From positions 1 through 64,000 of the IMG/VR virus record IMGVR_UViG_3300032053_000025: a stretch of DNA of 64,000 bases, one strand, 5' to 3'. Each line of letters begins with the position of its first letter. Position 1 is the first letter of the stretch. The DNA comes from a virus. Positions 8,890-18,529 of this stretch are shown here, piece after piece. The notes under the pieces are model-generated. The model searched no databases and had not been told where the DNA came from. It saw only the letters and a list, made by a program, of their open reading frames with translations. The position numbers and the translations under genes are program-made.

Positions 8890-11531
8890 TGAAATCTTTA
8901 CCATTGGTAAATATATACAACAAAAAACGTGAGATCTACCTGTTTTGTAGAGATGATAAGGGCAATTTATCTATCACAAAAAATAACGAATCTTACCCGT
9001 ATTTTTACGAGCCGGATGAACAAGGTAAATATACATCCTTCGATGGCAAGAAACTCCGCAAGGTTAGTGTAACCGAACCTTCAGAGGTTCGTAGATTAGC
9101 AAGTAATCAAGCATACGAGAGCGATGTTAGATATCCGCAGCGATATATTTTAGACAATATCGATATAATTACTCCAGCTCCCTATAAATATGCCTTAATG
9201 GATATTGAATGCTTAAAAGGGGAGAATGAATTTCCCGATCCTTTAACTGCCAAATTTCCAGTTACTTCGGTATCTTTATATAATAGTAAATATAATAAAA
9301 TTCGGACGTGGTTTATCGGAGATTTCGGCACCAAACGTAAACAGGCCGAATTAGATTTATTTAAAGCCTTCGTTGAGTATATGCAGAAGGCTAAGTTTGA
9401 TTTATTAAGTGGCTGGTTTATGAATGATTTTGACTGGCCCTACCTCTATCGAAGATTTGAGCAATTCCCCCAAAAATATTTCTTTGAGAAATCAAGCCAA
9501 TATAATAATCTAGCCTCTGCCATTTCTCCTATACATATGGTTAGGGGAGGCAAGAAAGAATATGATAATTTTTACCCGGCGGGCACAAGTATAGTGGACT
9601 ACTTGATGTTTTTCAAGAAGGTTTATAAAAACGAAAAAAGCTATGCGTTAGATAAGATAGCAGAAAAATATTTAGGTAGGGGTAAGGAAGAATTTAGCAA
9701 TGTAGATTTTAGTGTTATTGACGATAATATTAAATATCGCAATATTCGAGATGTCGAACTTATGAGGGACTTAGAACTCACCAAATTTAAGTTATTGCCC
9801 ATTTATGATGAAATGAGGAGATTAACAAAATGCCAATGGGAAGATTTCGTCTATCCCATGCGGCAAATCGATCCTTTAGTTTTAACTATTGCTAAACAAA
9901 AAGGGGTAATTCTTCCTTCTGCTCAGAGAGAAATGAACGACCCCGAAACATTTAAAGGTGCAGATAGAGATGCGTTAAAAGTTGGCAGATTTTTTAAAGT
10001 AGGTAAGTACGATTTAGATGGGGCCTACCTAAATATTATTAACGATTTAAATTTAGATGCTACTAATTTAAAACAGAAAGATAATGAAAACTGTATTGCT
10101 ATTTCTATTAGAGATAGAAAGACAGATGATATAATTGAAACTCATTATATTGAACAAAATCCAGAAGCGATTATGCCTACTTTAGCTCGGCAATTAATTG
10201 AGGCTAAAGCTAAGTATAAGGCATTAAAAAAGAATACGAATCCTGAACTACCCGAATATAAGAATATTGAATTGGTATACGAAGCAGTTAAAACAATTTT
10301 CCTCGTAGCCTGGGGAACCCTCGGCAACAAATTTTATAGATTGTATAATAAAATAATCAGTGGATTAATTACTTCCTCAGTAAGATTTTTGCTCCATCAT
10401 TTAATTAGGAAAACTAATGAAGATGGAAGCGAGGTAATTTATTTCGATACGGATGCCTTATTCTGTTTAGATCAAGGAATTAATATCCAACAAAAATTGG
10501 CTTCATGGATACAAGAATGGTCTCAAGAAAATTTCTATAAACCTTCTGCAATTAGAATTGATTATGAGGGGCATTTTGAAAGCTTATTTATTATTACTAC
10601 TAATAGATATAGGGGATATTTAAACATGGGAAAAGGCACGAAAAAAGAGGACAAAGGAATTCAGGTAAAAAGAGTTGACTCCTCGTATTTTATTGCTGAA
10701 TTTCAGGACGTTTTATTGGATAAGTTATTACTGGAAAAAATTGAACGAGACGAAACAGTTACTTGGGTACTAACCGAAATTGAAAGGATGAAAGTTTCCC
10801 CTTTCATTAAATTTTCCTTTCCATGTAGATTAGCAACTAAGGCTGAGCTATACAAGACTGAAGTTACTACCAAAAAAGGAAAGACCTATACTAAACTGCC
10901 ACCTATTCATGTACAAGCTTCAATGAATGCTAAAAAATTATATGATTTAGACTTTAGAGTAGGCGAGAATTATTATTATATTTATATTAATTATAATGAT
11001 AAAATGATTCCTATGGCCTTTGATGAGAAGAGGCTATCCCATATTAAAGGGGAGAATATTAATTGGGATAAAATGGTAGAAAGAAATATTCTGAACATTG
11101 CTACCTCCATATTCGATGCCATGAAATGGCCAATGGATGAGTTAATTACCCCAAAGGTTAGGAAGCCTAGAAAGGTGGCTTCAAATGCCTCAAAAAAGGC
11201 AGGGGAATGCCCTACAATCGACGATCTAAAGCAACCTAAGGTAAGTTTACCACCCAAAATTAAGGTTAAACCTGCAAATAATACCCAACTCATTGATACT
11301 ACAAGAGTAGTAACAGAATACTACATCTCCTCCCCTTTAATTACAGGCAATGTTAGAGTAGATATAAATGAGAAAATAATTTGGGCAATTCCTGCTTGGA
11401 ATAAGTTTATTGGGTTTGATTTAAGCATGTTTGTTAAAACTATTCATGCGGATAAAGTTGAGCAAATTTTAATAGGAGAAACGGTGGTGGCTAATATAAA
11501 ATTAGCAATCGTTCCGTACTTCCAAGAATAA
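8889..11531 (+). CDS. polB: Family B DNA polymerase with 3'-5' exonuclease and C-terminal extension
   Basis: Exo I MDIE, Exo II FDWPYL, Exo III NIRDV; motif A DLDGAY, motif B KTIFLVAWG, motif C YFDTDA; KGIQVKR. Confidence 0.9.
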   Translation: MKSLPLVNIYNKKREIYLFCRDDKGNLSITKNNESYPYFYEPDEQGKYTSFDGKKLRKVSVTEPSEVRRLASNQAYESDVRYPQRYILDNIDIITPAPYKYALMDIECLKGENEFPDPLTAKFPVTSVSLYNSKYNKIRTWFIGDFGTKRKQAELDLFKAFVEYMQKAKFDLLSGWFMNDFDWPYLYRRFEQFPQKYFFEKSSQYNNLASAISPIHMVRGGKKEYDNFYPAGTSIVDYLMFFKKVYKNEKSYALDKIAEKYLGRGKEEFSNVDFSVIDDNIKYRNIRDVELMRDLELTKFKLLPIYDEMRRLTKCQWEDFVYPMRQIDPLVLTIAKQKGVILPSAQREMNDPETFKGADRDALKVGRFFKVGKYDLDGAYLNIINDLNLDATNLKQKDNENCIAISIRDRKTDDIIETHYIEQNPEAIMPTLARQLIEAKAKYKALKKNTNPELPEYKNIELVYEAVKTIFLVAWGTLGNKFYRLYNKIISGLITSSVRFLLHHLIRKTNEDGSEVIYFDTDALFCLDQGINIQQKLASWIQEWSQENFYKPSAIRIDYEGHFESLFIITTNRYRGYLNMGKGTKKEDKGIQVKRVDSSYFIAEFQDVLLDKLLLEKIERDETVTWVLTEIERMKVSPFIKFSFPCRLATKAELYKTEVTTKKGKTYTKLPPIHVQASMNAKKLYDLDFRVGENYYYIYINYNDKMIPMAFDEKRLSHIKGENINWDKMVERNILNIATSIFDAMKWPMDELITPKVRKPRKVASNASKKAGECPTIDDLKQPKVSLPPKIKVKPANNTQLIDTTRVVTEYYISSPLITGNVRVDINEKIIWAIPAWNKFIGFDLSMFVKTIHADKVEQILIGETVVANIKLAIVPYFQE

Positions 11532-11541
11532 GGAGGATAAA

Positions 11542-11676
11542 ATGTTATACAAATTATTTTATATATTAATGCTTATTGGTTATGGAGGATTAACTGTGAT
11601 GGCTCCAGATATTAAGAATAAGATTATTGGGATATTATTGTTGCTTGTAAATGGGATTCTATTTTGGAGAATTTAA
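11542..11676 (+). CDS. Small membrane protein (44 aa)
   Basis: AGGAGG RBS; MLYKLFYILMLIGYGGL...IIGILLLLVNGILFWRI; two hydrophobic segments; below the ORF-track cutoff. Confidence 0.55.
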   Translation: MLYKLFYILMLIGYGGLTVMAPDIKNKIIGILLLLVNGILFWRI

Positions 11677-11686
11677 GGAGAATAGT

Positions 11687-12103
11687 ATGCTAAACAAAGG
11701 ATTATTTACAAGTTTGTCACCAGACTGGGCAACCCCAAAATGGTTATATGAGGAATTAAATAAGGAATTTAATTTTAATTTTGATCCATGCCCTTTGCAC
11801 AATCCAGGGAACATTGATGGCTTATTAATTGATTGGAAAGAGCGAAATTATATCAACCCTCCTTATGGCCGGGCCATCATTAATTGGATTAAAAAAGCGT
11901 ATGAGGAGTCTAATAAAGGTAAATTATGTGTAATGCTAATTCCGTCAAGAACGGATACTAAATTTTGGCATGAGTATGTAATGAAGGCCAAACAAATTCG
12001 ATTTATAAAGGGTCGGTTGAAGTTTGGAGATGCTAAAGGCTCGGCTCCTTTTCCAAGTTGTATAGTAATATTTGATGGAGGAAATCATGATGAAAATCAT
12101 TAA
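11687..12103 (+). CDS. Phage DNA N6-adenine methyltransferase (Dam-like family)
   Basis: DWATPK, FDPCP, INPPY, LIPSRTDT, GRLKF, APFPS. Confidence 0.9.
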   Translation: MLNKGLFTSLSPDWATPKWLYEELNKEFNFNFDPCPLHNPGNIDGLLIDWKERNYINPPYGRAIINWIKKAYEESNKGKLCVMLIPSRTDTKFWHEYVMKAKQIRFIKGRLKFGDAKGSAPFPSCIVIFDGGNHDENH

Positions 12104-12242
12104 AATAATAGGATTGCCGATTTTTCTTATTGCACTGATATTTGCCAGTGTTGTTATCGCATTTATAGAGTTCCTAAGTAGTCACAGAGAAGACAAGCAC
12201 ACTTTTTTGGAAATGATTGGTTGGTACTGGAAGGAATTATAA
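12087..12242 (+). CDS. Small membrane protein (51 aa)
   Basis: GGAGG RBS; hydrophobic IIGLPIFLIALIFASVVIAFI. Confidence 0.5.
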   Translation: MMKIIKIIGLPIFLIALIFASVVIAFIEFLSSHREDKHTFLEMIGWYWKEL

Positions 12243-12467
12243 ATGGAACCTAAAAAAACTCGCAACTCCAAATACATCTCAAGGGACAAACTTCAAGCTC
12301 AACAAAAATTAATCCTAAATCAAAATAAATGGTGGGTTGAGATTGATCTTAAATGCTCCTTATGCAAACGTAAATTTACAGTAACTACAACCCAACCTCA
12401 ATTATATACTACCGAAATTAAGGAGAATATTATATGTGTATTTTGCCCTAAGAAGGGAGTTAAATAA
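12243..12467 (+). CDS. Small zinc-ribbon protein
   Basis: CSLC...CVFC. Confidence 0.6.
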   Translation: MEPKKTRNSKYISRDKLQAQQKLILNQNKWWVEIDLKCSLCKRKFTVTTTQPQLYTTEIKENIICVFCPKKGVK

Positions 12468-12697
12468 TGTTAAAATTCATCCAACAAAAATTGTCCTTAT
12501 TGCCACCTATGGCACCTATTGACCAGAAACGCAAAATATTGGAAGAAATTTATGATGAAGGCGAAAAAAGATATATGAAGTCTTGCGAGATTTCAGTTTT
12601 AGTTACTTCTGTTATTTATTCAAATATGACCGATGGATGTTTAGAGCTTTTACAAAAACATTATCAACCTAAAAAGGAGGATAAAGATGGCACATAA
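12467..12697 (+). CDS. Hypothetical protein
   Basis: GGGAG RBS, TAATG overlap. Confidence 0.55.
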   Translation: MLKFIQQKLSLLPPMAPIDQKRKILEEIYDEGEKRYMKSCEISVLVTSVIYSNMTDGCLELLQKHYQPKKEDKDGT

Positions 12698-12860
12698 ATA
12701 TCACATAACAATTATTTATATGGATAACACTAGTGATATATTAATTGGAGATGTAACCGCAATCGGGCCTACACTATTTACAATTTATGGGGAATCTGGG
12801 GCAACTATGCAGGTGCCTATTCGCAATGTAAAATCTTTAACATATTATGAAATCATATGA
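12687..12860 (+). CDS. Hypothetical protein (57 aa)
   Basis: AGGAGG RBS, open frame MAHKYHITII...YEII. Confidence 0.5.
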   Translation: MAHKYHITIIYMDNTSDILIGDVTAIGPTLFTIYGESGATMQVPIRNVKSLTYYEII

Positions 12861-13039
12861 TAAAAAAAGACACCACTCAATCCGAAATCAACAAAGCAAA
12901 AAAAATAATATACTCCAATGCTTCTATCAATATTAAAATCGGGGTATTATTCACTTTAATTGTTATACTTGTTAGATTAATGTTAGATTTAAGAAGCAAT
13001 ACGAAAAAGATAATGGATAAGTTTGAGGTTAAGTAAAGG

Positions 13040-13068
13040 TTGTAAGATAGCCAAATCTGTGCTATACT
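13040..13068 (+). promoter_or_regulatory. sigma70-type promoter with extended -10
   Basis: TTGTAA-17 nt-TATACT with TGn before the -10, intergenic upstream of the exonuclease. Confidence 0.7.
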
Positions 13069-13106
13069 ATAAGTAGAGAATGGATATAATTAAAAGGAGA
13101 TTAAAT

Positions 13107-13898
13107 ATGAGCGATTCGCCAAAAATCCTGTTTCTTGACATCGAAACCTCGCCAAATATTGTTTATATGTGGAATATGTGGCAAGAATGGAAAAGTATGG
13201 AGATGATAGAAAGCGAGTGGTATATCCTTTGTTGGTGTGCAAAATATCTAAATAAAAAGGGAGTAATGACTTCGGCTCTTGTAGATTTTAAAGATCAATA
13301 TAAACAAGACCCAGAGAATGATAAAAAGATGTTGCAAGTATTGTGGAAACTATTGGACGAGGCCGAGATTGTGGTCGGGCATAATTGCATAGATTTTGAC
13401 TTGAAGAAAATAAATTCTAGGTTTATGAAACATGGCATGAAGCTGCCTTCCCCTTTTAGGGTTGTTGATACCTTGCTTAGTGCAAGAAAACACTTTGCAT
13501 TCACATCCAACAAATTGGGTGATTTAGGTAAAGTTTTAGGATTAGGAGAGAAATTAGAAACCGGAGGCTTCAAACTTTGGAGAGGATGTTTAAAGGGAGA
13601 TAAGGCATCCTGGAAGCGAATGGTGGATTATTGCTCTAGGGATGTGCTTCTATTGGAAGCTATATACAATAAACTTTTACCATATATTGAGCATCATCCC
13701 AATATGGGTGCATTTGTGGATAATGAAGAACCAATGTGTCCTAATTGTGCATCGAAGAATCTAATCAAACGAGGATTTGCCATAACGAATGCGGCTAAAT
13801 ATCAACGTATACAATGTTCAGATTGTGGTAGTTGGTCAAGATTCAAGAAGAATCTTATGGTTAAAGGTCAAGTTAAAACTACAAGTATAAGAAATTAA
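13107..13898 (+). CDS. DnaQ/RNase H-like 3'-5' exonuclease with C-terminal zinc ribbon
   Basis: FLDIET, GHNCIDFD, YCSRDV; CPNC...CSDC. Confidence 0.88.
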   Translation: MSDSPKILFLDIETSPNIVYMWNMWQEWKSMEMIESEWYILCWCAKYLNKKGVMTSALVDFKDQYKQDPENDKKMLQVLWKLLDEAEIVVGHNCIDFDLKKINSRFMKHGMKLPSPFRVVDTLLSARKHFAFTSNKLGDLGKVLGLGEKLETGGFKLWRGCLKGDKASWKRMVDYCSRDVLLLEAIYNKLLPYIEHHPNMGAFVDNEEPMCPNCASKNLIKRGFAITNAAKYQRIQCSDCGSWSRFKKNLMVKGQVKTTSIRN

Positions 13899-13911
13899 TT
13901 CATCTAAATAA

Positions 13912-15186
13912 ATGCAAAATTTATTCCTCAAAGAATTAGAATTAACTAATATACAATCCCATTCACATTTGCTCATCAATTTTGTGGATGGGGTCAACAT
14001 TATTTGCGGACCCACGGATAGTGGAAAATCCTCCATTATCCGCGCAATAGGCAACCTATTCTTCAACACTGGTGGTGACCTTCGTAAAGAAGGCACCAAA
14101 AAAAGTTCAATCAAAGGCACTCTCAGCAATGGAATAATCATCGAGAAAGTTAAATCAGAATCGGTCAATAGATATATTGTAACTAAAGGCACTCAAGTAG
14201 ATACTTATGACGCTATAGGTAAAACAATTCCCGAAGATATACTTAAAATTACGCAAATGCTACCCTTTACAGTAGAAAAGGAAGAGCTTATTCTGAATAT
14301 CTCCTCTCAGATAACTCTTCCTTTTTTAATGGGCAAAGATACTTCGGCTATTTTTAGGATGAAACTTTTAAACAAATTAACCAATAACGATTTAATAGAT
14401 ATAGTATTCCAAGGTTTAAACAAGGATATTCTACAATTAGGAAGGGATGAGAAATATGAAGCCGAAAATATTTCCAAATTGGAGAAAGATTTGGGAATTA
14501 TTAGCCTTGAATTATCAACCAAAAAAGAAAAAGCGAAAGAAATAAATGATAAATTAGTTTCCTTGAAATTGAAGTTTACGAAGTTGGAAACTTATCAAGC
14601 ATTACAATTGAAACTTAAATTAAATGCTGAGGAACTTGATAAGAATAAAATATTATTAAAATCAATTAAATTCCCAGAAGCTAGTATATTAAATTTCCTT
14701 CAAAAGAAGATCAAATCGGCAATGTCATTGCAAACTTTATGGAATAGATATTGTCATACACAGGAAGAATTAAAGGATAATAAGGTTTTGCTTAAAAATA
14801 TTAAAGTGATTCCGTCAGATATTGTATCTAAACTACAATTAAAGATAACCAAGATTTTACACTTAATAGAGCTAAAAATGAAACTACAACAAGTTACTTT
14901 AGCTTTAGAAGAAGCGAAGAATAATTATAGTAAACTTGTTATACCTAAATTTAATATTGCTGAGATTAAAAAGAAGATTGATAGACTGAATTTATTGGTA
15001 GATAGGCAAGATAAAATTAGGAATATATTGGAAGATTTGGGAGAGACTTCAACATTATTGGTGGATTGTAAAAATGAAATTGATAATTCCAACAAAGAGT
15101 ATAAGGATATTTTAATGAAGGTTAAGGTGTGTCCATTGACTAATTTGCCTATTAATGGGGATTGTTTAAAGGGAGTGAAGATATGA
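13912..15186 (+). CDS. sbcC: SbcC/Rad50-like ATPase, N-terminal half (Walker A + coiled coil)
   Basis: LTNIQSH, GPTDSGKSSIIRAI, Q-loop SSQ, long coiled coil ending VCPLT; no Walker B. Confidence 0.85.
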   Translation: MQNLFLKELELTNIQSHSHLLINFVDGVNIICGPTDSGKSSIIRAIGNLFFNTGGDLRKEGTKKSSIKGTLSNGIIIEKVKSESVNRYIVTKGTQVDTYDAIGKTIPEDILKITQMLPFTVEKEELILNISSQITLPFLMGKDTSAIFRMKLLNKLTNNDLIDIVFQGLNKDILQLGRDEKYEAENISKLEKDLGIISLELSTKKEKAKEINDKLVSLKLKFTKLETYQALQLKLKLNAEELDKNKILLKSIKFPEASILNFLQKKIKSAMSLQTLWNRYCHTQEELKDNKVLLKNIKVIPSDIVSKLQLKITKILHLIELKMKLQQVTLALEEAKNNYSKLVIPKFNIAEIKKKIDRLNLLVDRQDKIRNILEDLGETSTLLVDCKNEIDNSNKEYKDILMKVKVCPLTNLPINGDCLKGVKI

Positions 15187-16106
15187 GTAAATTCCTTATC
15201 GTAACTGACATTCATCTTTCGGGTAAAAATCCTACCCAGTACATAGGTGATTATTGGCAAGATACTTTTGCCAAATTTATCGAAATCCTACAACTATCTA
15301 AGCAATATAAATGTGAAGCTATATTTTCCGGTGGGGATCTATTAGACTCCCCATTATTATCATTAACTTTAACGGATTTAATCATTGACGCTATCAACAA
15401 AAATAATATTCCTTTCTATGCAATCCCGGGCAACCATGAAGAAAATAATCATAATTGGAGCTTATCAGAAAATACAACCTTAGCACATATGTTTAGAAGG
15501 TCGGATTTGATTAAATTTTTGGATACATATGAGGATGATAAAGTTATAATTAAAGGTTGGGGATATTATCATGGCATTGAAGATGCAATTAAAGAAGGAT
15601 TGCTTAATGTACCTAAAACTAAGAAATGGAAGATCGGTCTTGTTCATGCTTTGATAACCGAAAAGAAATTCTTACCTTCGGTATTACATGTTCAAGCAGA
15701 AACAATACAATCAAATATAGATGCAATATTTTCTGGCCACTATCATCAACCATATCATATTATAGGAGATACTGAAGTATATAATTTAGGTGCAATCGGT
15801 CTTAGGGATATAAATGAAATTAAAATTAAACCTTCGGTGGTTATAATTGATACTTTAACAAGAGAGGTTACTCCAATCCAATTAAAGAATGTTAGGAAGG
15901 GCAAGGAATTGTTCGATTTGGCGGGTATAGAAGCGTCTAAAGAATATGATAAGAATATTGATGATTTTATTGCTTCATTGGAAACTTCGGTGGTGACGGA
16001 GGAAGGATTGAGGGGATCTATAGAAGGATTAGCTAAGGAAAAAAATATTGACAAGGATATAATAACCGATTTAATTAACCGAGTTGGTTTAGCGGAGGAT
16101 AAATAA
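15183..16106 (+). CDS. sbcD: SbcD/Mre11-like nuclease
   Basis: TDIH, GGDLLD, PGNHE, LVH, SGHYH metallophosphoesterase motifs next to sbcC. Confidence 0.88.
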   Translation: MSKFLIVTDIHLSGKNPTQYIGDYWQDTFAKFIEILQLSKQYKCEAIFSGGDLLDSPLLSLTLTDLIIDAINKNNIPFYAIPGNHEENNHNWSLSENTTLAHMFRRSDLIKFLDTYEDDKVIIKGWGYYHGIEDAIKEGLLNVPKTKKWKIGLVHALITEKKFLPSVLHVQAETIQSNIDAIFSGHYHQPYHIIGDTEVYNLGAIGLRDINEIKIKPSVVIIDTLTREVTPIQLKNVRKGKELFDLAGIEASKEYDKNIDDFIASLETSVVTEEGLRGSIEGLAKEKNIDKDIITDLINRVGLAEDK

Positions 16107-16107
16107 T

Positions 16108-16356
16108 ATGTTTTTAATATCGTTCTATAAAAATATTCCTTGTAAATGCGAAGAAGAAGGGTGCCCGGGTACTGAAGAATCCCATAGGGTATTAGTATTT
16201 GACCATGTGGAACTTATACAGGCACTTCAATATTTACACCAATATGAATTCCGACTTGAAGCTGTGGTGGAGGAAGAAATATGTATTGGATTATCCGACT
16301 TTAAGGAATTTATCAAAGAACAAGAGAAAGCAAAGGAGGAAAACAATGGAAAATAA
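16108..16356 (+). CDS. Hypothetical protein
   Basis: GGAGG RBS; CKCEEEGC. Confidence 0.55.
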   Translation: MFLISFYKNIPCKCEEEGCPGTEESHRVLVFDHVELIQALQYLHQYEFRLEAVVEEEICIGLSDFKEFIKEQEKAKEENNGK

Positions 16357-16582
16357 TTATCAAGAACGATTAGATTCAATTCGATCTACTGTCGAAGAAC
16401 AGAAGGTTAAGCAAGCAAGGTTGCTCGCCAAAAAGGAGCAATTAGAAAAATCTCAACAAGAAATTGTGTCTGAGCTCGCTTCTGAGGAATTAACACCGGA
16501 TAAATTACAATCAACCATCACAACTTTAGATAAGGAAGTTGCTGAGGAACTTTCTAAACTCGAAGAACAAGTAGGGATATAA
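16346..16582 (+). CDS. Coiled-coil protein (78 aa), possible SbcC arm segment
   Basis: AGGAGG RBS; heptad pattern throughout. Confidence 0.6.
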   Translation: MENNYQERLDSIRSTVEEQKVKQARLLAKKEQLEKSQQEIVSELASEELTPDKLQSTITTLDKEVAEELSKLEEQVGI

Positions 16583-16583
16583 A

Positions 16584-17207
16584 ATGAACGATAGATTAAC
16601 TCAACTATCTCAATATTCAACCCAATTAACTTCCGAAGTTAATGAACTTTCGGGCAAGTGTAATTTATTGGGGGATCAGATTGCTGAAAGTAATGGTAAA
16701 ATTGAAGTAATTCTCAAGAATAAAGTTAAATATGCAAAAGAAGTTGAGATATTATCCGCCATTCAAGAAATATCTAAATTAAAGATTCGTAATGGTCTTG
16801 AAGCTTTAATCTCCTATGCTTTAAGATATGTATTTCAGAAGGATTATCAATTTAAGGTTCTTTTTGATAAGCGCGGAAATTATGGAGAAGCCTACTTTAA
16901 GATATATCCCGAAGGCCGGCAGGAAGCCGGAGATCCTATTGATGAGAATGGAGGGGGCATATTAGATATAGTAGGATTAGCTTTACGGGTGGCATTAATG
17001 GAAATTAGTGTGCCTAAAATTAAAGGATTCCTTTGTTTAGACGAATCTACTAAGCATGTATCTTCACAATATATTGAGAATACTGGTAAATTTTTAAAGG
17101 CTATTCAGTTGAAAGTACATAGACAAATCCTACTAGTCACACATCAATCTGCTCTTATGGAATTTGGAGATAATTCTATAGATATAACCAAGGTAAAGGG
17201 GTTATAA
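16584..17207 (+). CDS. sbcC: SbcC/Rad50-like ATPase, C-terminal half
   Basis: Coiled coil, then signature ENGGG, Walker B LCLDES, H-loop LVTHQ. Confidence 0.85.
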   Translation: MNDRLTQLSQYSTQLTSEVNELSGKCNLLGDQIAESNGKIEVILKNKVKYAKEVEILSAIQEISKLKIRNGLEALISYALRYVFQKDYQFKVLFDKRGNYGEAYFKIYPEGRQEAGDPIDENGGGILDIVGLALRVALMEISVPKIKGFLCLDESTKHVSSQYIENTGKFLKAIQLKVHRQILLVTHQSALMEFGDNSIDITKVKGL

Positions 17208-17449
17208 TGAGGAAGAAATGCCACGATTGTTATTTATCTTTCAGTGTTCTTTTTGTCAATGGATTTATTTGCTCTGGCATAAGCAACAAACATACTATTC
17301 ATCCTATGGATAAACTTCATTTATGTATTAAGAGTGATATTTGCAATCGCCATCAGGAGATGACTGTCAAAGAAGCGGCTATAATTTGCTCATTATTAAC
17401 TAAAAATATGGCGGAATTGTCGCCATCTATTAAAAGGAGAATAAAATGA
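17207..17449 (+). CDS. Cys-rich hypothetical protein
   Basis: CHDC plus further Cys; TAATG overlap. Confidence 0.5.
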   Translation: MRKKCHDCYLSFSVLFVNGFICSGISNKHTIHPMDKLHLCIKSDICNRHQEMTVKEAAIICSLLTKNMAELSPSIKRRIK

Positions 17450-17655
17450 TGTTTGGGATTATTGTTATAGTTATACTTGCTATTACTGCTTGTATTGTGG
17501 ATTTTTATCTTGAGGATAAGAGGCGGGAGGAAACAGAAATTGTAAACTTGAAACAGGTGATTGCTCATCAAAAACAATTAATATTGGGGCTTCAATTAGA
17601 AAATTGCAATCTTAAAACCAAACCTGTGAAGAAATCAAAAAGGAGCAAGAAATGA
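17446..17655 (+). CDS. Small membrane-anchored coiled-coil protein
   Basis: N-terminal hydrophobic helix, AGGAG RBS. Confidence 0.55.
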   Translation: MMFGIIVIVILAITACIVDFYLEDKRREETEIVNLKQVIAHQKQLILGLQLENCNLKTKPVKKSKRSKK

Positions 17656-18038
17656 TAACATTTTCAATGAATTTGATTCAAATATTAATCACTGTTCTAA
17701 TAGGAACCTTTGGCTATGCTTCAGGTAAAGTATTAACTGGGGTATTAATCAAAGTTATATTTTCCAATCCTAAAGTTATTGCTTGGGGACAAGCAAGACA
17801 GAATAAAGCCAAAAAGAATATAGCTAAAGGTAAGCGTCAAGAAATCTATGAGCAATTACAGCACTTGGGCGAATTCATGGATTATTTAGGCACTCAACTA
17901 AAAAGAGATACTATGAAGCAAATGTACAAAGATTTTATTGATAAAGATAGGCGAAATTATTGGGTTAAAACAGTTATGGATATGTTTGCTCCTGAGCCTA
18001 TAAAACCTAAAGTTGTAGATGCAACCAAACCTAAATAA
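17652..18038 (+). CDS. Membrane-anchored hypothetical protein
   Basis: N-terminal hydrophobic stretch, AGGAG RBS. Confidence 0.55.
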   Translation: MITFSMNLIQILITVLIGTFGYASGKVLTGVLIKVIFSNPKVIAWGQARQNKAKKNIAKGKRQEIYEQLQHLGEFMDYLGTQLKRDTMKQMYKDFIDKDRRNYWVKTVMDMFAPEPIKPKVVDATKPK

Positions 18039-18529
18039 TGCATATAGGCGAAATAGAAGTATTATTAGCTAGGCATTTAGACTCAAGAATCAATTTAATA
18101 ATCCCCAATATTTCTTATGGCTTAGGCACCCACGAGATAGATTTATTGGTGGTTACACCTGCCCATTATGCTTATGAAATTGAGATTAAAACTTCTATAT
18201 CCGATCTAAAGGCAGACTTAAAGAAACCTCATGGGCATAGAAGCAATAAGATCAAACTTCTCTATTTTGCTGTGCCTAATGAAATTAAGGATAAGGCCCT
18301 AGAACTTATCCCTGAGCGGGCCGGATTATATGTATTGGAGTATAATAAAGAACGGAATTATACTTTTGTACATATCATAAAGGCCCCTATAGTTAATAAA
18401 CTAGCAAGAAAATTAACAGATAAAGAATTAATTAAGATAGGCTCCTTAGCCTGTATGAGGATTTGGAATTTAAAAGAGATTATTTACAAATTGCAGAAAG
18501 ATACAAATGGACGACTTAATAATAGATAA
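18038..18529 (+). CDS. MmcB-like PD-(D/E)XK nuclease
   Basis: EIDLLVV, YEIEIKTSISDLKAD, LYFAVP, AGL motifs. Confidence 0.75.
   Translation: MHIGEIEVLLARHLDSRINLIIPNISYGLGTHEIDLLVVTPAHYAYEIEIKTSISDLKADLKKPHGHRSNKIKLLYFAVPNEIKDKALELIPERAGLYVLEYNKERNYTFVHIIKAPIVNKLARKLTDKELIKIGSLACMRIWNLKEIIYKLQKDTNGRLNNR

Noticed and set aside
1753-11531. Archaeal virus, suggested by PolB, Prim-Pol and Hjc-like genes
   Set aside because: sigma70 -35/-10 promoters, intrinsic terminators and a RecA-type recombinase point to a bacterial host; not fully excluded
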